IMG/VR virus record: IMGVR_UViG_3300026549_000043
Span: 75,875-139,874 of that record
Source: a virus
Lineage: Duplodnaviria > Caudoviricetes
DNA: 64,000 nucleotides
Reading direction: 5' to 3' (one strand)
This document shows positions 31,147-41,891 of this stretch, piece by piece. Both the position numbers and the translations under genes were made by a program. Position 1 is the first letter of the stretch. Every line of letters begins with the position of its first letter. The notes beneath the pieces were generated by a model. The model did no database searches. It worked only from the letters and a program-made list of their open reading frames with translations, and had not been told where the DNA came from.

Positions 31147-31159
31147 GGAGAGTGAATAA

Positions 31160-31468
31160 GTGGACACCGTAAATGTTAGAATAAAACAAAAACATGATAC
31201 TAAAGCTAACTGGGCTTTGGTTGAGGGTACCTTTATTCCGATGAAAGGTGAAATCATCGTCTATGATGATTATGCAGTGGCTACTTATGAAGAAGCTGGC
31301 CAAACAAAAACAATAGACGTTCCAGGTATAAAGGTTGGAACAGGAAATGCTTATTTAGGTGATTTAGAGTTTATTACTATAACACCACAAGAAAGAGCAT
31401 TTTGGAATAATAAATTAAATTTAATCGACACTATAGTTGATGAAAAATTAGTTTTTACAAGGAATTAA
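31160..31468 (+). CDS. Fibre protein with hyaluronidase/Mtd-N-like N-terminal motif
   Basis: RIKQKHDTKANW....PMKGEI....IKVGTG...DL.F. Confidence 0.65.
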   Translation: MDTVNVRIKQKHDTKANWALVEGTFIPMKGEIIVYDDYAVATYEEAGQTKTIDVPGIKVGTGNAYLGDLEFITITPQERAFWNNKLNLIDTIVDEKLVFTRN

Positions 31469-31483
31469 GGAAGGGATTAAGTT

Positions 31484-32416
31484 ATGCCTGATATTAGTAA
31501 AGTTCAATTACCGTCCGGTGGTATATATAACATAAAAGACTCAACTGCCAGAGAAATGATTTCTGCTGGTGTAAAATTTGTAGTTGCTTGGGATGGAACC
31601 GGTACTCCAGATGTAACCAAAATCCCAGCAGGTGTAGTAGTACATTATTCTGGTGGAACTGCTACAGGTTCTATGGCTGCCAACAATGCTGAACCTGGTG
31701 CTTTCTACCTAGTTAAATCGTCAACTTCTACTTCTGAAGGTCCACTGGACGTATACGATGAATACGTCCCAGTAGGAGAAGTTGGAAGTAAGACTTGGGA
31801 AAAAATTGGTGATACTCAGGTAGATTTATCCAACGTTGTTACTAACGTAGTAATGAATAAGCAAACCGATATGGTATTGGGTGAATCTACTACATTTGCT
31901 TTATCCAGTGGAAGTGTTACTTTTGGAACTCCTTCTACCGATACATTTGTTAAATCTGTAAGTGCTGAAACAAATAAAAATTTAGTGACTACAACTGTCC
32001 CAAACGTTACTGGAAATACTTCAGTAACTATCCCAAACGTAACAAGTGCTGGCTCAGCCTCAACTTGGACATTTACTATGGGTAGTGGAGATGATTCTGA
32101 GACATTAATTATTAGTGGAGCAAATAGTGTTGCTCCTACTTTAGGTAACTCATTAACAGCTACTAATACTACTTTAGGAACAGCCATAACTGTAGCAACA
32201 GGAGCTACTTCAACAACAGGTACAGGTGATGCTGTTGTAACGGGAGTTACAATTGGTTCTAGTGCTAGTGCTGTAACGGCTTTACCAACTGCTTCAGTAG
32301 GAACTGGAATTACGGTTGGTACAAATGATAAGGTCAATGTCCTTAAGAATAACACAGCCTTAGATGTTACTTGGGGTGGTGGGGCTGCAGTTAATGCCGG
32401 AAGTAATGAATTCTAA
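31484..32416 (+). CDS. Thr/Ser/Gly-rich fibre protein
   Basis: MPDISKVQLPSGGIYNIKD N-terminus; YDEY...WEKIGDTQVDLS. Confidence 0.65.
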   Translation: MPDISKVQLPSGGIYNIKDSTAREMISAGVKFVVAWDGTGTPDVTKIPAGVVVHYSGGTATGSMAANNAEPGAFYLVKSSTSTSEGPLDVYDEYVPVGEVGSKTWEKIGDTQVDLSNVVTNVVMNKQTDMVLGESTTFALSSGSVTFGTPSTDTFVKSVSAETNKNLVTTTVPNVTGNTSVTIPNVTSAGSASTWTFTMGSGDDSETLIISGANSVAPTLGNSLTATNTTLGTAITVATGATSTTGTGDAVVTGVTIGSSASAVTALPTASVGTGITVGTNDKVNVLKNNTALDVTWGGGAAVNAGSNEF

Positions 32417-32440
32417 AGATAAATTGGAGATAGTAGAAAG

Positions 32441-32932
32441 ATGCCAGAAGATACAAAATATATAGTAAACCAAAGTCAACTTACTGCTATTGGTACAGCT
32501 ATTAGAGAGAAATTAAATGAGCAAACTACTTATACTGTAGATGAAATGCCTGGGAAGATTGAAGATATTTCAGGTGGCGGAGGTGTAAGTATACCTTTTG
32601 ATATCTGCAATATCACCATAGTTAATAACACGTCATCACCAATTATGTTTATGGTTGTCCCTCAACTAAGAAATAGTGCCCTAATCGTAAAGGATACAAC
32701 AATTGAACCTATTATCGTTGAAGCTAATTCAGAATATCAAATGGTGCTTCCGTTTGTATGGGTTAGTGACCCTGACACGCCAGAAATAATGATATTTTTC
32801 CAAAACCGGATGAATTTCTCTAACGCTGTCAACTGTTCATATGTGGCGGGTGAATCTGATCAACCTGGTGCTATTACCCGAACAACAAACGGAAATGCAA
32901 GCATAACACTGAGTGTTCCAACGGAGGTATAA
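32441..32932 (+). CDS. Fibre-tip protein
   Basis: LTAIGTAIREK...EMPGKIEDI N-terminal motif shared with 33382 and 41008. Confidence 0.6.
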   Translation: MPEDTKYIVNQSQLTAIGTAIREKLNEQTTYTVDEMPGKIEDISGGGGVSIPFDICNITIVNNTSSPIMFMVVPQLRNSALIVKDTTIEPIIVEANSEYQMVLPFVWVSDPDTPEIMIFFQNRMNFSNAVNCSYVAGESDQPGAITRTTNGNASITLSVPTEV

Positions 32933-32995
32933 ACATGCCTTTAGAACAATTCTTACCTAAAGAGGTGAAATATACAAAGAAATGGAGGTAAATTT

Positions 32996-33382
32996 ATGCC
33001 AGATGTATCAAAAGTAAAATTGCCAAATGGTAATACATATAATATAAAAGATACCATCAGTGGTTATACTACCAATGAAGGTACGATAACTAGTGTATCA
33101 GCAGATGGTACACTAGTATCAAATGCCGGGGCTGCAAACATTCCTGCTGCAACTACAAGTGCCCCTGGCGTGATGACTGCAGCAGACAAAACTAAATTAA
33201 CTAATATTGAAGCTGGAGCCCAAAAGAATGTTCAATCAGATTGGGCTCAAACAGACAATACACAAGATGATTATATTAAGAATAAACCTACAATTGCTAA
33301 TACTTTAGTTACAGCCAATGCAACTAATAGAACCTTGTTTATTACAACAGAAATTGTAGATGGAGATGTGGTGAGTTACTAA
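32996..33382 (+). CDS. Short fibre adaptor protein
   Basis: MPDVSKVKLPNGNTYNIKD; GVMTAADKTKL..IEAGAQKNVQSDW...YIKNKP. Confidence 0.65.
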   Translation: MPDVSKVKLPNGNTYNIKDTISGYTTNEGTITSVSADGTLVSNAGAANIPAATTSAPGVMTAADKTKLTNIEAGAQKNVQSDWAQTDNTQDDYIKNKPTIANTLVTANATNRTLFITTEIVDGDVVSY

Positions 33383-35373
33383 TGCCAGATATTTTAGATG
33401 AACATATTGTTATAACAGATCCAATTAATTATTCTAATATTGCTGCGTCTATAAGAAGGAAAAATGGTGAATCAACTTTATATAAACCATCCGAGATGTC
33501 TGCAGCAATTGATGCTTTAAATGTTTCAGGAGTAATTAATTTACAAAATAAGACTGTAAATCCAACTACATCTTCTCAGCAGGTATCAGCAGATAGTGGG
33601 TATGATGGCTTAGATACTGTAACAGTTACTGCAATTCAAACAGAAGAAAAAACAACAAGCAGTAATGGTGAAGTAACTCCTACTTCAGGTAAATACTTAA
33701 CCAAGGTTACAGTTAATGTACCATCTTCTGTAAATAATCAAAATAAAACAGTAACTCCTACAGAATCTAGACAAAATATAGTTGCCGATTCTGGGTATAC
33801 AGGTTTAGGGTTGGTTACAGTAAATGCAATACCAGCTCAATATATAATTCCTACTGGCACATTAGAAGTAACTGAAAATGGTACTTATGATGTTACTGAA
33901 TATGCAGATGTTGATGTAGATGTTTCTTCAGGTTCTACTATAAATAACCAAAATAAAACAGTTAGTCCAACGGAGTCTCAACAACAAGTTACTTATGATT
34001 CTGGCTATACCGGATTAGGCACTGTAACAGTTAATGCAATTTCAAGTACTTATGTAGGTTCTGGTATTGATAGAAGAGATGACACTGATTTAACAGTCAG
34101 TGGTGATACTATAACTGTACCCTCTGGTTACTATGAAAATCAGGCCAGTAAATCGATAAGTTCAGGTGGTGTGTCTCCTGTAGCAAGGAAAGGTGATGTA
34201 ACCAATAATAGCATCACTGTTAGTTCTTATGCAGATACCACATCAGGTTTTATTGGTACTGGTAGATATCCTGGTACTTCAGTTACAGTTAGTGCTAGCG
34301 AGTTGGTTAGTGGAACCTTATCTATAACTAGTAATGGTACACAAAATGTTACAAACTATGCATCTGTAAATGTTCAAGTACCAACTGGCTCAACAATAAA
34401 TAATCAGGATAAATCAGTTAGTCCGACTGAAAGTGAACAAGAAGTAACCTATGATTCGGGTTATACAGGATTGGGTACTGTAACAGTAGGAGCAATTAGT
34501 TCTACATATGTTGGTAGTGGAATTACCAGAAGAGATGATACAGATCTTACTGCTTCAGGTGCAACAGTAACTGTACCTTCAGGTTATTATGAAAGTCAAG
34601 AAACTAAATCAATTTCTTCTGGCTCAGCTACAGCTCCATCATCAATAAGTGGGACAACTGCTTCTGTATCAACAGGTACAAATACATTAACTTTAACAAA
34701 ATCTGTTTCTGTAACGCCTGTAGTTTCTGCTGGTTATATAAGTTCAGGTACAGCAACAAACTCAAATGTTTCATTAACAGCTTCCATTCCAATAAATCCA
34801 ACAACTACAGTTAATGGTGCGACAGTTACAATCCCTACAGGTTATTATACGAAACAAACTACCAAAAGTGTTTCTTCTGGTAGTGCAACTGGTCCAACTA
34901 GTATATCAAGTTCTAGTGCAACGGTTACAACAGGAACTAATACTTTAACTTTAACTAAAACAGGAGTTTCTACAACTCCAACTGTTAGTGCTGGCTATAT
35001 ATCTAGTGCAACATCAAGTACAGCAACCGTTGCGTTAACAGCAAATGTTACAACAAAGTCTGCACAAACTTATACTCCAGGGACAACAAATCAAACAATT
35101 GCTTCAGGAACATATTTAACTGGAACACAAACTATAGCAGGTGATGCTGATTTGGTAGCCAGTAATATTAAAGCTGGGGTTAGTATTTTTAATGTAACAG
35201 GTACATTTACAAGTGATGCTACAGCTACTGCTGCAGATATTCTTAACGGTGAAACAGCTTATGTAAATGGTAGAGAAGTTGAAGGAACTTTGATTGTAAA
35301 TAAGTATTATACTGGTTCAAGTACACCATCAAGCTCTTTGGGTAATGATGGAGATATATATTTACAAAGCTAG
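33382..35373 (+). CDS. Long repetitive fibre protein
   Basis: Four (N)Q[ND]K[TS]VxPTxSxQxVxxDSGYxGLxxVTV repeats; TSDATA.AADIL.G.TAYVNG. Confidence 0.75.
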   Translation: MPDILDEHIVITDPINYSNIAASIRRKNGESTLYKPSEMSAAIDALNVSGVINLQNKTVNPTTSSQQVSADSGYDGLDTVTVTAIQTEEKTTSSNGEVTPTSGKYLTKVTVNVPSSVNNQNKTVTPTESRQNIVADSGYTGLGLVTVNAIPAQYIIPTGTLEVTENGTYDVTEYADVDVDVSSGSTINNQNKTVSPTESQQQVTYDSGYTGLGTVTVNAISSTYVGSGIDRRDDTDLTVSGDTITVPSGYYENQASKSISSGGVSPVARKGDVTNNSITVSSYADTTSGFIGTGRYPGTSVTVSASELVSGTLSITSNGTQNVTNYASVNVQVPTGSTINNQDKSVSPTESEQEVTYDSGYTGLGTVTVGAISSTYVGSGITRRDDTDLTASGATVTVPSGYYESQETKSISSGSATAPSSISGTTASVSTGTNTLTLTKSVSVTPVVSAGYISSGTATNSNVSLTASIPINPTTTVNGATVTIPTGYYTKQTTKSVSSGSATGPTSISSSSATVTTGTNTLTLTKTGVSTTPTVSAGYISSATSSTATVALTANVTTKSAQTYTPGTTNQTIASGTYLTGTQTIAGDADLVASNIKAGVSIFNVTGTFTSDATATAADILNGETAYVNGREVEGTLIVNKYYTGSSTPSSSLGNDGDIYLQS

Positions 35374-35385
35374 AGGTAATAAATA

Positions 35386-37731
35386 ATGCCAACAATAAGA
35401 TTAACTCCTAGTACATATTATTCTACAAGTACAACTTACTTACAAGTAACAAATGCAAGTAATATGTATGATGATACTGATAGTACTAATTATGCTCAAA
35501 TTTATAACTCTAGAACTTCAACAACTTCTTATTATATTTATTTAAGAGGATTTAACTTTAGTGATGTTCCTGCTAATGCTAATGTAAGTTCCTTTACTAT
35601 TAAATTAAAAGGTAACTACAGTGGTGGTTACTCTCAAAATATGTACCTATATAATGGTACATCTACTTCTGTAGGTAGTGCTGATTCTTTAAGTACTACG
35701 GTTACTACTTATACCTTTACTTGTAGCGCCTCTTGGGAAGACTTAGTAAGTTATGGTTCTAACTTTGGTATTAGAATTAACTGTAGAAGAGGTTCAAGAA
35801 ATACTGCAGCATATTACTATATTTATGGTGCAGAGATTGAAGTAAACTATACTATGCCAGATCCAAGAACTGTTACATCAGTATTGGTTTCTGGTGATGG
35901 TACAATTTCTCCTTCAGGAACAACAAATACTTATAAAGATGAAGAGTTTACTTTAACCATTACTCCAACAAATAAAAGTGATGAAGTTTTAGTTACTCAA
36001 GATGGAGTAGATGTTTCTGGTGACTTGGTTGCTCATGGTACAAGAAATACTGTAACTTTAACAGCAAATAATGTTACAACCAGCGGTATACAGAGTGGTA
36101 GTAGCTATGCTCAATATGCAGTTGGTCATACAGCAGAGGACCCATACTCTAGTTCAAATAATATGTATGCATCACAAAGTTCAACTGGTTATGCTGCATA
36201 TTCATTTGATTTTAGTGATATTCCTAGTAATGCCACCATAGAAAATGTTGAAGTTAGGGCATATGGTCATAGAGAAAGTAGTACTATAAGTTCTACTTAT
36301 GTTTCACAATGTGTTCTTTATCAAGGAAGTACAGCTATAAGTGAAGAAGTAGATTTTCCATCAACAAGTAATAGTATGATTACTCTTACTCCAACTAATA
36401 TGCCAACAAGAAGTGATTTAAGTAATATTACTTTAAGGCATTATGTTGGATATTATGGTGGCTTGGTATTAGGTATTTCTTTTGAAGTAACTTACTCAAC
36501 AGGTACAGGTGTAGATCATTATACATATACCTTTACTGTTGTAAATAATACAGTTTTAGAAGTTACCATTGGGGCCGAAACTCCATATATCCCACCAGAG
36601 GAAGATCCAACTAAAACTTATTACTCTTTGACTATTTCTAGTATTAATGCTTCTACTTCTCCTGCTAATGGAACTGAAAGAATTGAAGCAGGAACAACTC
36701 AAACAATAACCATTTCACCTACAGAACCAAAGTTAACTTTGGCATTGGATAATGGGGTAGATATATCAAGCCAATTAGGCGGTGGACCGGGTGCAAGTTA
36801 TACTGTTACTGAAAAGGTATCAGGAGCTGCTTATGGTTTTGAATTAAATGAATCAACCGGTTATTATGTATCTACAAATACAGGTGTTAATAAGTCGGCT
36901 TCTGTAGCAAGATTAAATCTAACTGTTACTACAGAATGTTTAGTAACCATTGAATATATAAATTATGCAGAAGCTAATTATGACTATGGTTTGTTTGGCA
37001 AGTTAGATACGACTGTGGCAACAGATGGACTCACTGCAAGCAGTAGTAGTAGTTCACCTAGTGACAGTACAAGTAATTATCAATTAGCTATGTGTTCTAA
37101 CAGTGCATCTCCACAAACCATCACTTATACTGTACCAGCAGGTAATCATTATATTGATATTAAATATGGTAAAGATGATAGTGGTGCTAGTGGAAATGAT
37201 AATTTACAATGGAAAGTTTTAAGTATTGAACCTACTTCAGGTAGTAGTGATTATACTTATACTTTAACTAATATTGGTCAAAAACACAGTTTAATATTTG
37301 TTTTTGGTGATGTACAATATTATTTCATTACTTCTTCAGGATCTGGGTGTAGATTATTCCCAGATGGTCAACAGGTATTTTTACCTGGAGATAATTATAA
37401 ATTAAATATTGTTCCAAATGATATTTCTTCTGTTGTAACTGCAACAGATAATGGTACTAGTGTTACTAGTAGCTTAGAAAAATTAGAGGGTGAAGATAAA
37501 CAAGGTAATCCTGTAGTAAGTTATACTTACAGATTATCTAATATTAGTGCAGCACATACTATTGTAATTCAAGCTGGCACAAGTTCTATTAATATTTATA
37601 TAAAAACTAATGGTTCTTGGGTGGCTTATTCAAAAGTATATAAAAAAATTAGTGGTCAATGGGTGGAACAACCATCTACTGATTGGGACACAGTATTTAG
37701 TACAACTGCTAATTATGTGAAAGAAAATTAA
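35386..37731 (+). CDS. Multi-domain beta-rich fibre/receptor-binding protein
   Basis: Duplicated FxFSD[VI]PxNA domains; three DxGxD[VI]S...YTY Ig-like modules; C-terminal IYIKTNGSW...VYKKISGQW. Confidence 0.65.
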   Translation: MPTIRLTPSTYYSTSTTYLQVTNASNMYDDTDSTNYAQIYNSRTSTTSYYIYLRGFNFSDVPANANVSSFTIKLKGNYSGGYSQNMYLYNGTSTSVGSADSLSTTVTTYTFTCSASWEDLVSYGSNFGIRINCRRGSRNTAAYYYIYGAEIEVNYTMPDPRTVTSVLVSGDGTISPSGTTNTYKDEEFTLTITPTNKSDEVLVTQDGVDVSGDLVAHGTRNTVTLTANNVTTSGIQSGSSYAQYAVGHTAEDPYSSSNNMYASQSSTGYAAYSFDFSDIPSNATIENVEVRAYGHRESSTISSTYVSQCVLYQGSTAISEEVDFPSTSNSMITLTPTNMPTRSDLSNITLRHYVGYYGGLVLGISFEVTYSTGTGVDHYTYTFTVVNNTVLEVTIGAETPYIPPEEDPTKTYYSLTISSINASTSPANGTERIEAGTTQTITISPTEPKLTLALDNGVDISSQLGGGPGASYTVTEKVSGAAYGFELNESTGYYVSTNTGVNKSASVARLNLTVTTECLVTIEYINYAEANYDYGLFGKLDTTVATDGLTASSSSSSPSDSTSNYQLAMCSNSASPQTITYTVPAGNHYIDIKYGKDDSGASGNDNLQWKVLSIEPTSGSSDYTYTLTNIGQKHSLIFVFGDVQYYFITSSGSGCRLFPDGQQVFLPGDNYKLNIVPNDISSVVTATDNGTSVTSSLEKLEGEDKQGNPVVSYTYRLSNISAAHTIVIQAGTSSINIYIKTNGSWVAYSKVYKKISGQWVEQPSTDWDTVFSTTANYVKEN

Positions 37732-37745
37732 TAAAGGAGAATACA

Positions 37746-38888
37746 ATGTTTTATGGAAAGAACATTGGAGTTATACCTCTGACTGATGCTGCAGGTATAA
37801 CTAAAGTATTCACTTGGCCTACTCATAAAGGACTTGACATTGGTTGGAGTGAGCGGAAGTGGATTAACTGTCCCGTTTTACGGTGGCAGGATGGTGTAGT
37901 TGTTCAAAGAGGATATGGTTCTGAAGTTGGTAACTATATTGTTGTTGAACATTACTATGATGATACTAATACAAAAAGGTGGACAGGTTATATTCATCTT
38001 GATGCCTTTCCAACAGTAAAAGTTGGAGATAAAGTTACTCTTGGGAAACAAATGGGTAATGCAACTCGTGGAAATACAGGAAATAGCCATGGGGCACATT
38101 TACATATCTATCTTACTAAAGAAGTTTCTCAAAAAACTCCATATACTTGGGACACTATGTTAGCCAACAGTATTGATCCAAAACCTTATTTATATTGGAG
38201 TAAAGAGTTTAATTATAATTTTATTTCTACTGCATGGACAAAGGAGTTAAAGATGATAACATTTCCAACACCTGTTGAACGTAATGAAAAAGTTAATCAG
38301 GTTAATATTAAATCAGATACAAGAAATTTAAGAACAAAACCATCACTAAATTCAGAAACTTACTCTGAATATTGTAAAAAAGGTATTTACAATGTCTATG
38401 ATATTAAAGTTGCAGACAATTATACTTGGGGGTTAATTGGTACAATAGAAGGTAATAATTTTTGGGTTGCTATGATGGATGGTGAATATCTTCCTAAAAA
38501 GGAAATTAAATATCCTGAACCAATAAAAAGAGATACAACAGTACATCAAGTTGAAATCAAATCAGATACTCGTAGACTTAGAAGACAACCTTCTTTACAA
38601 GGAGAAGAATATGATGAACTTTGTAAAAAAGGTATCTATAATGTTCTCAAATCTCAAACAGCAGACAACTATAACTGGGCATTAATTGCTGTTATTGATG
38701 AAAATGAATTTTGGGTAGCAGTAATGGCAGGGGAAGATTTATCTGTAACTGATTATAAAAAATTATATGAAGAAGAACTTGAAAAGAATAAAGTATTAAA
38801 TTCTAAATTAAATAATATCATTACTGAATTTAAAAATTTAAAGAGTAGTGTTAGTAAATTAGAAACAATATTAGAGAAAAATCAATAG
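37746..38888 (+). CDS. M23 peptidase (peptidoglycan hydrolase) with two SH3-like repeats
   Basis: HKGLD, GNYIVVEH, YIHL and GNTGNSHGAHLH motifs; duplicated C-terminal repeat. Confidence 0.85.
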   Translation: MFYGKNIGVIPLTDAAGITKVFTWPTHKGLDIGWSERKWINCPVLRWQDGVVVQRGYGSEVGNYIVVEHYYDDTNTKRWTGYIHLDAFPTVKVGDKVTLGKQMGNATRGNTGNSHGAHLHIYLTKEVSQKTPYTWDTMLANSIDPKPYLYWSKEFNYNFISTAWTKELKMITFPTPVERNEKVNQVNIKSDTRNLRTKPSLNSETYSEYCKKGIYNVYDIKVADNYTWGLIGTIEGNNFWVAMMDGEYLPKKEIKYPEPIKRDTTVHQVEIKSDTRRLRRQPSLQGEEYDELCKKGIYNVLKSQTADNYNWALIAVIDENEFWVAVMAGEDLSVTDYKKLYEEELEKNKVLNSKLNNIITEFKNLKSSVSKLETILEKNQ

Positions 38889-38914
38889 AAATAGATTGAT
38901 TTGTATGATTATAG

Positions 38915-38929
38915 GCTAAATTTATATAT
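38915..38929 (+). promoter_or_regulatory. GCTAAATT promoter motif
   Basis: GCTAAATTTATATAT upstream of the 38954 start. Confidence 0.65.
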
Positions 38930-38953
38930 AGATATTAAGAAAGGAAGTTAGAA

Positions 38954-39934
38954 ATGCCAGATACTAATATTATTGAAAAAATAGATCTTAATGGTGTAGA
39001 ATATCAAATTAAAGATAACATTAGTGGATATACTACAAACACTGGTACTGTAACTTCTGTTAGTGCAGGCACTGGTTTAACTGGTGGTCCTGTTACTACT
39101 TCAGGTTCATTATCATTAGACACAACAAGGGCTTTAACAGCTGCAGATATTATTACAGGAACTAACACAGACAATAAATTAGTTTCTGCAAAAACTTTAT
39201 CTGATGTCTTGAGTGGTCTTGGTGGTGGAACTGTTACAAGTGTAGACATTACAGATGGTGGTGGTTTAACTGTTTCTGGCGGTCCAATTACTTCTGCTGG
39301 TTCTATTACAGTTGGACACACTAATGAAGTAACCCCACAGACTACTCAGGCTGTCTACCCAATTAAAATAGATGCCCAGGGACACATTTCAGAATATGGC
39401 AGTGCTGTAACTATTCCAACGGTCCCTTCTGCTGGTACTACTGCAACTGCAGTTGGCACAACTTCATCAGGTGGTAGTGCAACAACTTGGTCAAGGTCAG
39501 ACCATGTTCATAATATTACGGGGACTACTATTACTTCTGCTTTGGGGTATACCCCTTATGATAGTAATAATCCTGATGGGTATATAACCGGTGGGGTTAA
39601 CTCATCATCAACAGTTACAATCGTTCCTACTACTAATACAACTTATAGAGTTACTTCTAGGGGAAGTGTAACAAGCGGAAGTGCTGCAAGATTCACTCAG
39701 GGTAGTGATAGTTTTACCGCACCATCTTTAACTTTTACAGCAGATGATGCAAACAGTAATTTAAACATTGGTTGGTCTGCTGGTAGTTTTACTCAAGGCA
39801 GTGATAGTTTCACTGCTAATACACCTACTTCGGTTACATTACCGGGTACATCATCAACTACGATTACAGTATTAACAGGAATCACTAGTGCAACAGCTGC
39901 TGCACAGACCTTTACCGGTAGCACTGGGTCATAA
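38954..39934 (+). CDS. Fibre protein
   Basis: GTVTSV.AGTGLTGG repeats and WSRSDHVH; N-terminal region homologous to 44092. Confidence 0.7.
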   Translation: MPDTNIIEKIDLNGVEYQIKDNISGYTTNTGTVTSVSAGTGLTGGPVTTSGSLSLDTTRALTAADIITGTNTDNKLVSAKTLSDVLSGLGGGTVTSVDITDGGGLTVSGGPITSAGSITVGHTNEVTPQTTQAVYPIKIDAQGHISEYGSAVTIPTVPSAGTTATAVGTTSSGGSATTWSRSDHVHNITGTTITSALGYTPYDSNNPDGYITGGVNSSSTVTIVPTTNTTYRVTSRGSVTSGSAARFTQGSDSFTAPSLTFTADDANSNLNIGWSAGSFTQGSDSFTANTPTSVTLPGTSSTTITVLTGITSATAAAQTFTGSTGS

Positions 39935-39963
39935 AGGTAAGGAGCTATATAGAGGTGATATAG

Positions 39964-41004
39964 ATGGCAACACATAATATAAATAAAATAACAGTACCAA
40001 ATGGTGATGTATATAATTTATTAGATAGCGGTAGAAGTGATTTTGTAACTAAGTCTGGATTATTAACTTCTACTGGTACTTCTACTAATAATACAATGAC
40101 TCAGGCTGCAATTACTAATGCAGTTACAAGTGCAACTCCTTATATAATCACCTGGAATTATAATGATGAGGATGGACCAACAGTAAATATATCAGAAGTT
40201 ACTGAGGCCATAACTAATAATAGGCCAATTTTTCTTGTACTTTTAGATTCTGAAGATTGGAATAATGCAGTTTATAGATTAGTAGATTATGGCTCTGAAT
40301 CTTATGGATTACATTCTTTAGCCTTTACTCGAAGTGTGGCCTTAGATGGCTATTATTCTGTTGAGGGAAGACATTGGACAAGAACAAGTTCCAGCTCAAC
40401 AGGTGAATGGACTTACTATGGGACTGACCTTAAATACCTGGGGCATTCTCCAATTACCGTTACTGATAATTATATTTATCATGATGATTCAGGAGTAACT
40501 GCTCAAACAACACAAGCTCTTTACCCATTTACAGTAAATGCAACAGGACATATTACAGGAGTAGGTAGTGCAATAACAAGTATGACTCCTACAAGTCATA
40601 CCCATGGTAATATTACTAATGCTGGTGATATTACTACTAATGCTGCTATTGCTAGTGGAGATAGATTAGTTATTAATGATGAAAGTGCAAGTAAATTAAC
40701 TAATTCTTCTATTACCTTTGGTACAAGTACAACACAATTCTTAGCCAATAATGGTACTTGGCAAACACCAGTAGGTGGAGTTACAGATGTTCAGGTAAAT
40801 GGTACATCTGTATTAAGTAGTGGTGTCGCTAATCTAGTAACAAATACTGCTTATAATGCATCAACAAATAAAATAGCAACAATGGCAGATGTTGATGTAA
40901 TGACAATAACATATAGTTTAATTTCAGGAACAGATTATGAAATGAATATTTCTACTGTTTTAGCACCTAATTATGCAAATACAATTTTAGGAGAGGAGTA
41001 CTAA
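39964..41004 (+). CDS. Fibre protein
   Basis: TVNATGHIT, SHTHGNITN, FLANNGTW and VTDVQVNG motifs. Confidence 0.7.
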   Translation: MATHNINKITVPNGDVYNLLDSGRSDFVTKSGLLTSTGTSTNNTMTQAAITNAVTSATPYIITWNYNDEDGPTVNISEVTEAITNNRPIFLVLLDSEDWNNAVYRLVDYGSESYGLHSLAFTRSVALDGYYSVEGRHWTRTSSSSTGEWTYYGTDLKYLGHSPITVTDNYIYHDDSGVTAQTTQALYPFTVNATGHITGVGSAITSMTPTSHTHGNITNAGDITTNAAIASGDRLVINDESASKLTNSSITFGTSTTQFLANNGTWQTPVGGVTDVQVNGTSVLSSGVANLVTNTAYNASTNKIATMADVDVMTITYSLISGTDYEMNISTVLAPNYANTILGEEY

Positions 41005-41007
41005 AAT

Positions 41008-41854
41008 ATGGCATTATCACATAGTACAGTAACAGATCTTTTTACTGATATTGCGTCAACCATAAGAAGTAAAACTGGAAGTAATTCACCTATAGTTGCA
41101 GATGCTTTTCCTACTGCTATTAATGCTATAGATGTTATGACTGATATTGATAGAGCAAATTTAGGCATTTTTAAAGGACAATATGATTGTATAAATTTAT
41201 CTAATACTATGTCTGTTCCATCTACTGGATGGACTTGTTCAGTAACACAGGAGTGGTGTGATTCATTCTCTACTATTGCATCAGCTACATTCTTAAATCG
41301 TCAGTTTAAAAATGGCTCTTGGACATTTACAAATGTTTCTGAAATTAATACTTTAGGCTTTCGTAATATTGGTTATAATGTGGGCGGCTATGGAGTAGTT
41401 GATTTTAATTTTCCTTCTTGTATAACTATTGGAGTTGATGCCTTTTCAAGTAGTAGTATATTTACAATTAAGTCTTCCTAATTGTCAAACTATTAGTAAT
41501 TATGCATTTGCAAGTTGTACTGCATTAACTACAGTAAGTTTTCCAGTCTGTACTGGCATTGGTAGTTCTGCCTTTCAATATTGTTCTAAATTAACTTCAG
41601 CCAATTTTCCGGTTTGTACATATATTGGTAGTTTTGCATTTAGAAATTGTTACAACCTACTTTCTTTATATTTAATGGGAAGTAGTCTATGTTCATTAGC
41701 TGGAACAAATGCATTTAACTCAACCCCAATAAGCAACTACACTACTTCAACTGGGGGAGTATATGGAAGTATTTATGTACCTGCTTCTCTTTATTCTTCT
41801 TATATAACTTCAACAAATTGGGTAGCTTATTCATCCAGGTTTGTAGGAGTATAA
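41008..41854 (+). pseudogene. LRR fibre-tip gene interrupted by a frameshift near 41460-41472
   Basis: The LRR pattern FPSCITIGVDAF continues as LSLPNCQTISNYAF in another frame; the C-terminus matches 44369 and 45357. Confidence 0.7.
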
Positions 41855-41891
41855 AATATTGTATAGTATATTTTAAGAGGAGAACACAAGA

